64,000 nt of DNA, taken from contig DATKWK010000035.1 in assembly GCA_035529595.1 (NCBI GenBank), positions 317,904 to 381,903 on the forward strand, in the 5' to 3' direction. The DNA is from Candidatus Bathyarchaeia archaeon. GTDB taxonomy: Bacteria; Patescibacteriota; Microgenomatia; PFEM01; JAFGMK01. The notes beneath the pieces were generated by a model. That model searched no databases. It was not told the DNA's origin and saw only the letters and a list, made by a program, of their open reading frames with translations. Below, one piece after another: positions 57,857 to 64,000 of the stretch; position 1 is the stretch's first letter; every line of letters starts with the position of its first letter. The translations under genes were made by a program, and so were the position numbers.

Positions 57857-58105
57857 TTAATCTTTAAAAGCTGGTAAGCTAGATTTCTTTTTAAATTTAA
57901 TCTCATAATACTTTTCCCTTTCAGCTAACAATCTTTCGGCTTCTTTTTTTGAAAAACTGTTGATAAACCTTGGCAACTTTACTTTTCTTATTCCTTGAAG
58001 CCATTTTTTATTCGAATCGTAATCAAAAGTCGGCCTGATTAAGCTAATATCTGTTCCTCCCAGAACATCAGCTTCCATTAAAACCAGCTCATCAACATCT
58101 TTCAA
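57857..58105 (-). CDS. Hypothetical small protein.
   Basis: 82-aa ORF with no motif recognised. Confidence 0.35.
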   Translation of the reverse strand: MKDVDELVLMEADVLGGTDISLIRPTFDYDSNKKWLQGIRKVKLPRFINSFSKKEAERLLAEREKYYEIKFKKKSSLPAFKD

Positions 58106-58118
58106 TGCTTCGAATTCG

Positions 58119-58499
58119 TCATGTATATAAACTAAATGAATCGCCCTCTTTTTTTTGTTCCCTAGTTAAGAAATTGAAAAATTTATTTCTTAATAACCCT
58201 GCTAGTTTTTTGGCTCCAATCTCTCGATGGTCGTTTTTAGCATCATTAACCTCTTTAAGTTGAACCGGCATTCCGTCTTGGAAAAGACCGGCATAACCCC
58301 AATCATGGCTATAGGCAGCAATAATTAAAACTATCTTATCGAGTTTCAAAGCCGGAGAGTTTTTTAAAATTTCTTTTAATTTTTTAACCACAGCTACAGT
58401 ATGCGGTTTATCAAAATCAGGCCGGCCTTTTTCAAGTTCAGGAAAAATCTTCTTTTGTAAATAGTCTTCTAATTGACTTAATTTCATTTTAACAATCAA
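58119..58499 (-). CDS. HD-domain phosphohydrolase (small).
   Basis: H...(VAVVKKL) and LIIAAYSHDWGY HD motif. Confidence 0.6.
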   Translation of the reverse strand: MIVKMKLSQLEDYLQKKIFPELEKGRPDFDKPHTVAVVKKLKEILKNSPALKLDKIVLIIAAYSHDWGYAGLFQDGMPVQLKEVNDAKNDHREIGAKKLAGLLRNKFFNFLTREQKKEGDSFSLYT

Positions 58500-58617
58500 C
58501 CTTGATAGCCTAATTAACTTTTCTAACTAAGGTATATTTCTTTTTTCCGTCAAAGATCTTCTCAAATCAAAAAGCAGATCATGTCGAATAATTCTTCTAT
58601 TAGACTTATGGATAAAC

Positions 58618-59421
58618 TTAGTCTTTAAGGCTAAATCCCTTACTTTTTAAGAACTTGACTATCAGTTTATGTGTTGCCCGTTCATTGGCAGCAATAATTC
58701 CACGCTCTCGATGCTTAAAACTTTTGGTATGATAAAAATTACTGCAGTAACCCCCTGCTTCTTGAAGAATCAGCGCTCCGGCCGAATGGTCTTCGACGTA
58801 GGTAATGTTACAAACCAGTGCATGTATTCTTCCCTCAGCGATCCGGCATAAGCCTAAGGCAGGTGCAAACTGGGGAACCACCCTTCTGGCAAACATTTCC
58901 GGAAGAAAGAAATGTTTAAGATATGAAAGACCTTCTTTCCTTTCTTCTTTCTTGTTTCCCCAGTCCACCACCACAAACATTTCCTTTAGAGGAATATTCT
59001 TAACCGGTTTAATCGGCTTGCTGTTTCTCGTGGCGCCCCGGTTTTTCTCAGCATAGAAAAACTCTTTCATTACCGGGTCGTAGACTGCCCCGACAACAAT
59101 TTGTCCCTTATCTTCTAGCGCAACTGAGATTGAAAAACCAGAATTTCCCCAAACCCAAGGTGTAGTCCCGTCTAACGGATCTACAATCCATCTTGTCCGG
59201 CATTGACTTTTATCTTTAGTTCCTTCTTCAGAGAAAATCGGAATTTCAGGGTACTTTTTTGATAGTTGTTCAGTAATGTATTCATTGGCGGCAATATCCG
59301 CCGGCGTGACAATTTCGTTTTTTTTCTTTTCTTCTGTTTTTCCGATTTTAGCCCGATAAGAAAGTATTAGCCTACCAGTTTGGCAAAGAACCGAATGTAA
59401 GGTTAGTTTATAATCTTTCAT
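58618..59421 (-). CDS. Inositol-monophosphatase/CysQ-family phosphatase.
   Basis: EE motif (FSEEG). WIVDPLDGTTPW (DPxDGT). GFSISVAL and WD..AG motifs of the IMPase fold. Confidence 0.8.
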   Translation of the reverse strand: MKDYKLTLHSVLCQTGRLILSYRAKIGKTEEKKKNEIVTPADIAANEYITEQLSKKYPEIPIFSEEGTKDKSQCRTRWIVDPLDGTTPWVWGNSGFSISVALEDKGQIVVGAVYDPVMKEFFYAEKNRGATRNSKPIKPVKNIPLKEMFVVVDWGNKKEERKEGLSYLKHFFLPEMFARRVVPQFAPALGLCRIAEGRIHALVCNITYVEDHSAGALILQEAGGYCSNFYHTKSFKHRERGIIAANERATHKLIVKFLKSKGFSLKD

Positions 59422-59514
59422 TTTTTCATCAGCTCCTGCCAGTTTTTAGAGCTAATGCCTTCCGTTAATTTTTGACGCTTTAAAGTTTATATCCTTTTTT
59501 TAATTGGATAATGA

Positions 59515-60021
59515 TTAGATTACTTTTTCAAAAATATAAGATTTGAGGTATTTACCTGGAGCAACTTCCCAGCTGGTCTCACCGGTAATTTGGTAAGCAT
59601 TCTTTTCCCAAAAGTGAAGCACACCTTCTTTAAGATAGGGATGCAGTTTGTTAACCGGACAATAAATTCTTTGGCCGCCAGAGCTATCTGCTAACTTGTC
59701 GATGGCTTTTAAAAGCATAGACCCGATTCCTTTGCTTCTAAATTTCTTGCTTATCGTAATCACTGAAAGATAGAATAACTTTCCTTTGTCAGAGTGGGTA
59801 CGACCGACATCATGAACATAAGGAGGAAACAGTCTTTTCTGATGCTGCTCGCAGAAAGCAACCCCAACGACTTTCTTACCTTGAACCGCGACAAAGGCAC
59901 CGTCGGGAAAAACATTAAGTTGGGACCTGATCATCGTTTGAGTTATCCCGCCTTTACCGAAAGCTTCTCGATCAATTTTTTCTATTTCAAAAGCATCCTT
60001 CTCAGTCGCCTGCCTAATCAT
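59515..60021 (-). CDS. GNAT-family N-acetyltransferase.
   Basis: Motif A RSKGIGSMLLKAIDKLA (R/Q-x-x-G-x-G/A). Confidence 0.8.
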   Translation of the reverse strand: MIRQATEKDAFEIEKIDREAFGKGGITQTMIRSQLNVFPDGAFVAVQGKKVVGVAFCEQHQKRLFPPYVHDVGRTHSDKGKLFYLSVITISKKFRSKGIGSMLLKAIDKLADSSGGQRIYCPVNKLHPYLKEGVLHFWEKNAYQITGETSWEVAPGKYLKSYIFEKVI

Positions 60022-60566
60022 TTTAATTTATTGATTATCTTAAGTAATTCCGGAAAGGTGGTGTAACCGGTATCGGTATTCAGATGACCACCACTCGCGA
60101 AAACCTGAGGTTTTACTCCCAGCCTATCGGCCAGAGATTTTAAGATTTCTTGGGGAACATAGGGATCGTTATCGCCGTAAGAAACAAACGCCTTTTTCAA
60201 ATTTCGGTTTATTTGATCAAAATCAATCTCTTTTTCTTTCAAAAAGTAACTGTTTAACTCTGCCCCGTAGTCTTGGCTGAAACCGGAAACGGAGATCAGG
60301 GCTTTTACCGGACAATTTAATTCTTCAATTACATCCAGGGCCGTAACCACCCCCAACGAATGGCCGATAATCACCAAATCTTTTAAATCAACACCCTTGA
60401 TTACCTTCCGGACGACTTTTGTCCATTTAGTCCGATCCGGGTGATCGGGATTGGGTAAACCAGGCATAATCACTTGGTAACCTTTTTCAATCAACCGATC
60501 ATACAACCATTGCTGCCAGTGAATACCGGCATAACCGCCGATACCGTGAAGAATCAAGATAGTCAT
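60018..60566 (-). CDS. Alpha/beta-fold serine hydrolase (RBBP9/YdeN-like).
   Basis: 182 aa. Nucleophile elbow IIGHSLG. The N-terminal ILILHG loop is typical of this small hydrolase family. Confidence 0.65.
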   Translation of the reverse strand: MTILILHGIGGYAGIHWQQWLYDRLIEKGYQVIMPGLPNPDHPDRTKWTKVVRKVIKGVDLKDLVIIGHSLGVVTALDVIEELNCPVKALISVSGFSQDYGAELNSYFLKEKEIDFDQINRNLKKAFVSYGDNDPYVPQEILKSLADRLGVKPQVFASGGHLNTDTGYTTFPELLKIINKLK

Positions 60567-60595
60567 GATGATATTTTACCAGAAATAACTACTTT

Positions 60596-61510
60596 TTATA
60601 AAAGCCTCTCCTGGGGATATTTTTGAAAAGCATAAGAATAAATCAGATAAAAAGCGGCCTTACCCTGGTACTTTCCAAACGGCTTAAGTAATTTTCTGAC
60701 TTCTTTTTCAGATACTCTTTCTTTTTTACCTAAATATTTAGTCACCGCTGCTCTTAATCCCATATCACCGGCCGGCAGCGCATCGTATCTGCCCATTCCC
60801 CGGCACATCATATATTCAACGGTCCAGGGACCGATGCCTTTAATCCTGGTCAGAACATCAAGAACTTTTTCAACCGGCCAATTTTTCATCGCTTCCAAAT
60901 CGATCTCACCGGCGGCAACTTTTCGAGAAACGTTAATGAGATAATCGGCTTTCCGGGAACTGAATTTTAATTGTCTGACTTCCTCGGACTGGGCTTTGGC
61001 TAATTGTTCCGGGGTCGGGAAAGCAAAGTAGTCTTTATGGTTTGTTTTTATTGAATTACCATATTTTTCAACCAGCCTTTTTCTTAAAGCGATCGCCACC
61101 GGTAAGGCAATCTGCTGTTCGGTAATGGCGATAATCAGAGCTTCAAAAACGGTCGCGGTTTTGGGAGCTCTCAACCCGTAAAGCTCGTCGATCAGCCGCT
61201 TAAAATTCTTTTTCCCGGATGCCAGCCAATAGAATTTTAAAACATCCTCATCTGCCCCGACTAGCCATTTCACTTTTTCTTTTATGAATCTTTCTTTGCC
61301 AACAGGAGGCGAAACTTTTACCGCCAGCTTTGGCAGTTTAACCGAACCGACGGAGGTAACTTCAATCAGGCAATATTTACCATCAACCGCTAACACCCGC
61401 CGGTAGGTTCCTTTTTCATACAAATCGACACACTGGACGGGAAACCTTGAATACAGGCTGGCCACCAGATCAAAATCAAAAGGGGATTTAGGTTTAATAA
61501 AAAACTTCAT
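60596..61510 (-). CDS. HhH-GPD DNA glycosylase (AlkA/3-methyladenine glycosylase II-like).
   Basis: Helix-hairpin-helix LTRIKGIGPWTVEYMM followed by a Gly/Pro-rich loop and catalytic Asp (RYDALPAGDMGLR). Confidence 0.75.
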   Translation of the reverse strand: MKFFIKPKSPFDFDLVASLYSRFPVQCVDLYEKGTYRRVLAVDGKYCLIEVTSVGSVKLPKLAVKVSPPVGKERFIKEKVKWLVGADEDVLKFYWLASGKKNFKRLIDELYGLRAPKTATVFEALIIAITEQQIALPVAIALRKRLVEKYGNSIKTNHKDYFAFPTPEQLAKAQSEEVRQLKFSSRKADYLINVSRKVAAGEIDLEAMKNWPVEKVLDVLTRIKGIGPWTVEYMMCRGMGRYDALPAGDMGLRAAVTKYLGKKERVSEKEVRKLLKPFGKYQGKAAFYLIYSYAFQKYPQERLL

Positions 61511-61533
61511 TTTGACGACTTAAACTGAGCGGT

Positions 61534-61947
61534 TTAGATTTCGTTAATAATTCTCAAGAAAAAATCTTTATCCTTTGGGTGCGTTAGTAATTTAGCCACT
61601 TTTTCCTTTTTCACCCATTTTACTTCTGGAGTTCGAGGATCGTTCGGCTTTAATTCAGTCTGATTAGTTCTGAAAAGAAACATAAAAATTGTTTTTAATT
61701 CCGTTTTATCTTCGCCCTTACCGCTAGGACCGATCTTGTAGCGTTGGTAATAGCCTAAATCTTTGACCAACTCCAATTTTGTGATTCCTGACTCCTCATA
61801 AACTTCTCTTTTTGCAGTTTCAAGCGGAGTTTCTTCCTCTTTAATATGCCCTTTTGGCAAGGACCAAGAATTACCGTCTTGGTTAACTGCCAGAACTAAA
61901 CCTTCACGATTAATAACCACTCCGCCAACGCTTTTTGATTGCTTCAT
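61534..61947 (-). CDS. NUDIX hydrolase.
   Basis: Nudix box GHIKEEETPLETAKREVYEESGI. Confidence 0.8.
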   Translation of the reverse strand: MKQSKSVGGVVINREGLVLAVNQDGNSWSLPKGHIKEEETPLETAKREVYEESGITKLELVKDLGYYQRYKIGPSGKGEDKTELKTIFMFLFRTNQTELKPNDPRTPEVKWVKKEKVAKLLTHPKDKDFFLRIINEI

Positions 61948-61998
61948 CTCAAGAATTTCGGATTTGCTTTTCTGACATTATAATTTCTTTCTTACCCC

Positions 61999-62376
61999 TC
62001 ATTTTCCCTCTTTCAAAATATGGTCCTCTAATACCCAACCAGGTTCGGAATAACACTCGATCCAAGTTTCGTGACCTTCAGCCCAGTGAACTTCGCCAGG
62101 ATTAATAGTTAATTCTTCGCCTGCTTTTAAAAGATAACCTTGGCCATCTTTGAAGATTTTCAGCTTTCCTTTAATGACCTTATACCTTTCGGTTGCCTTC
62201 CAGTGGACGTGAGGGAAACTTCTATCCAAAACGCTGACGGCTAAACTGTATTGCGGGTGATTTCCAGATGGATCAACTTCACAAAGAATTTCAGTTGGAT
62301 TCGTACCATTATTTTTAATAATTTTCTTTCCCGGATATCTTCTTTCTAATTTTTTTTGAATTTTAACTGGATTCAT
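61999..62376 (-). CDS. Cupin-domain protein.
   Basis: 125 aa. Two-motif cupin pattern (PHVHWKATE...; PGEVHWAEGHE). Confidence 0.55.
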   Translation of the reverse strand: MNPVKIQKKLERRYPGKKIIKNNGTNPTEILCEVDPSGNHPQYSLAVSVLDRSFPHVHWKATERYKVIKGKLKIFKDGQGYLLKAGEELTINPGEVHWAEGHETWIECYSEPGWVLEDHILKEGK

Positions 62377-62443
62377 AATTGAGACTAAGCCAGTCGATCA
62401 AGAACCTGATCTTATTATTACCAAAATATTTTAGTATTCCTGA

Positions 62444-63175
62444 TTATACTAATTGAGAAAGCAGCTTCAGCCGGCTATATCTGGTCATTCTGCCTTCAAA
62501 ACCCAAGTCTAAGTTGACGTTGATTCCTGACACAATCCCCAACCTCGCTCTGACTAAAACGATAAATTTGTCATTCGCAATGATCCGATACGGTTTTACT
62601 TTCCCCTGAAAAGTATCCGTTACCAGCTTTTCGATCTCATCTCCATTTAAGTAGGTGTCAATATCGATTTGAAAATGAGGCAGCCAGTAGTTTTTCCATT
62701 TATCTTGGATATTTTCATTAAAAATTAGCTCAACTAAAGGATCCGGCCAAAGATTTCTCTCGCCAATAAACAGCCAAGCAGAATTATCATTTGAACTCTC
62801 CTGGTATAAATGCCAGTTGGCGCTTTTGGCTTCTTTGATCAATCTTTCCCTTTCGGCTTTAACCGACTCAACCGGGTAACAAAATCCCAGGTGGTTTAAT
62901 CTTTGAAAAAGGTTATTTAAAGTCAAAATTTCAAAAAGTCTTTCTATTTGAGACTGGGAAACAAAATTATCCGCTAATGGGCTGGGCTTTTGATAAAAAC
63001 CGTTGGCGATAGAGATACCCGGTATTTGGATATCGGACGCAGAAATTTTTAATAAAACTCGGCCGTTAGACAAAGCCACATTGGCGCTTTTTTCGCCATT
63101 ATCAGTGAAAGTTATCCCTTCGGGAAGTAACCTCAAAATCTTAAATATTTTGTTGGTAAACTTGGGTTTAATCAT
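62444..63175 (-). CDS. Hypothetical protein.
   Basis: 243-aa ORF with no motif recognised. Confidence 0.45.
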   Translation of the reverse strand: MIKPKFTNKIFKILRLLPEGITFTDNGEKSANVALSNGRVLLKISASDIQIPGISIANGFYQKPSPLADNFVSQSQIERLFEILTLNNLFQRLNHLGFCYPVESVKAERERLIKEAKSANWHLYQESSNDNSAWLFIGERNLWPDPLVELIFNENIQDKWKNYWLPHFQIDIDTYLNGDEIEKLVTDTFQGKVKPYRIIANDKFIVLVRARLGIVSGINVNLDLGFEGRMTRYSRLKLLSQLV

Positions 63176-63193
63176 AGACTCAGGATTTGTAAA

Positions 63194-63574
63194 TTATTTT
63201 ATTTCTTCGAATTTTTTTTCGTAGTAAGCGACCCAGTCATCATCGTCTTCTAAATCTACCGTCTCGATATAAATTTGTTGGTCAAAAGCGCCGGCTTCTT
63301 TGATTCTCTTTTTTTGAATCGCCAGTAGCTCTTTTTTGGAGATCTGAAGAATTTTTAACAGGCAATCAACGACTAATTGGATGTCAGCTAATTCATGCTT
63401 GGCATTTTCAAGATCATGAGGGTTGAGTTCATCGGCCTCTTCTTTTAGCTTTTTGGTTAATTCGTCCAAAAATTCGTCGTTTTCGATCCTTCTGGAAACG
63501 ACTTTTGATTTTCTTTTTAAAATATTTTCTTCAATCTTATCCCGAACCAATTTCCGGACTTTAAACCGTCTCAT
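63194..63574 (-). CDS. MazG-like nucleotide pyrophosphohydrolase domain protein.
   Basis: KLVRDKIEE N-terminus and ELADIQLVVDCL EExxD-type helix, as in MazG/YpjD-type NTP-PPases. Confidence 0.6.
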   Translation of the reverse strand: MRRFKVRKLVRDKIEENILKRKSKVVSRRIENDEFLDELTKKLKEEADELNPHDLENAKHELADIQLVVDCLLKILQISKKELLAIQKKRIKEAGAFDQQIYIETVDLEDDDDWVAYYEKKFEEIK

Positions 63575-63618
63575 AAGGAAATGATATCATAATCAACATC
63601 GGTTTTTGGTGATGTTTT

Positions 63619-63942
63619 TTAGCCATTTAAAGAGGTAATCGTAATCTGTAAAACCGTGGCAAACGAAACCCAGAGCAGATAGGGGATGTTGATCAAAGCA
63701 ATCCAACGGATATGGGGCCAAATAGCACTCAGCACCCAGATAAGGGTAATCAGAACCAAAACAATATCGACGGCAGCCAGCAAATTATTCTTTAATCCAA
63801 ACTGCAACGGTGTAAAGGCAAAATTAAAAATCAGATTAAGGATAAAGGGAAGCAGAACGACAAAAGAAATCTTGCCCTTGAAAAAAAAATAACCTGCATA
63901 ACCAAAAGAAACGGCAATAACCACATATAACACCGTCCACAC
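63619..63942 (-). CDS. TspO/MBR-like tryptophan-rich membrane protein (possibly N-terminally incomplete at the window edge).
   Basis: Hydrophobic segments containing the pattern NFAFTPLQFGL..NLLAAVDIVLVL...W, which resembles the TspO C-terminal half. The frame is still open toward 64000. Confidence 0.45.
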   Translation of the reverse strand: MWTVLYVVIAVSFGYAGYFFFKGKISFVVLLPFILNLIFNFAFTPLQFGLKNNLLAAVDIVLVLITLIWVLSAIWPHIRWIALINIPYLLWVSFATVLQITITSLNG

Positions 63943-64000
63943 CGGCCCAAATAGCCAGTTCGGCGGCGCCCAGGAGGGTTTGACTAATTGCTGGTACCAG

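Noticed and set aside
1-64000. Alternative genetic code (UGA or UAG recoding), as in some CPR lineages.
   Set aside because: All long, motif-bearing ORFs read through cleanly in the standard code with normal TAA/TAG/TGA stops. No systematic in-frame stops were seen. The single in-frame TAG upstream of the HD gene is most simply chance.
1-64000. tRNA or rRNA genes in the intergenic gaps.
   Set aside because: The larger gaps (5935-6137, 14531-14876, 22428-22756, 33408-34348, 53517-54109) showed no cloverleaf-compatible GTTC/TPsiC-like arms and no rRNA-like conserved blocks on visual scan. They are occupied by the palindromic repeats instead.

Overview
This 64-kb window is low-GC and dominated by minus-strand genes. 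It is most consistent with a small-genome bacterium, possibly of the CPR/Patescibacteria type; that assignment is inferred from gene content, not from any search. About 1-26 kb is largely housekeeping. It encodes signal peptidase I with a long C-terminal extension, a TOBE-type ABC importer, an RRM RNA-binding protein, Lon protease, an L,D-transpeptidase, a Pat-like acyl-CoA synthetase-GNAT fusion, a TolB-like beta-propeller protein, a Nudix hydrolase, an ABC exporter, D-Ala-D-Ala ligase, a RelE/Phd toxin-antitoxin pair and a cell-wall amidase. About 26-53 kb looks accessory. Almost every intergenic gap there carries copies of a composite palindromic repeat family with GACACCTTNAAGGTGTC hairpin ends and a TTAAGTATACACCAAAATTCTCGGCCGTAAGCTTGA core. 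Several of the adjacent genes have a defence or mobile flavour: a PIF1-like helicase, an orphan Cas4-like nuclease, a holin-family protein, a 948-aa PHP-plus-ABC-ATPase protein (Ppl-like), a DUF2075-like nuclease-helicase, RadC, a MazG-like pyrophosphatase, a PIG-L deacetylase flanked by 41-bp direct repeats, two tandem radical SAM enzymes and a 5'(3')-deoxyribonucleotidase-like HAD protein. A 1132-aa subtilisin with FG-GAP repeats and a C-terminal dockerin-like module also lies in this region. A second repeat family of about 95 bp imperfect palindromes (GTCATCCTGAGCG...GAAGGATCTAGCG) occurs at 14.7 kb and is nested inside a first-family element at 38.5 kb. A 250-bp gene fragment is duplicated at 28.8 kb and 33.1 kb. 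The 53-64 kb segment holds a tight four-gene minus-strand cluster (MetE-like methyltransferase, THEP1-like NTPase with a SWIM finger, two hypotheticals), followed by nucleotide and DNA hygiene genes (HD, IMPase, GNAT, serine hydrolase, AlkA-like glycosylase, Nudix, cupin, MazG-like) and a partial TspO-like gene at the window edge. I recognised no rRNA, tRNA or CRISPR array.
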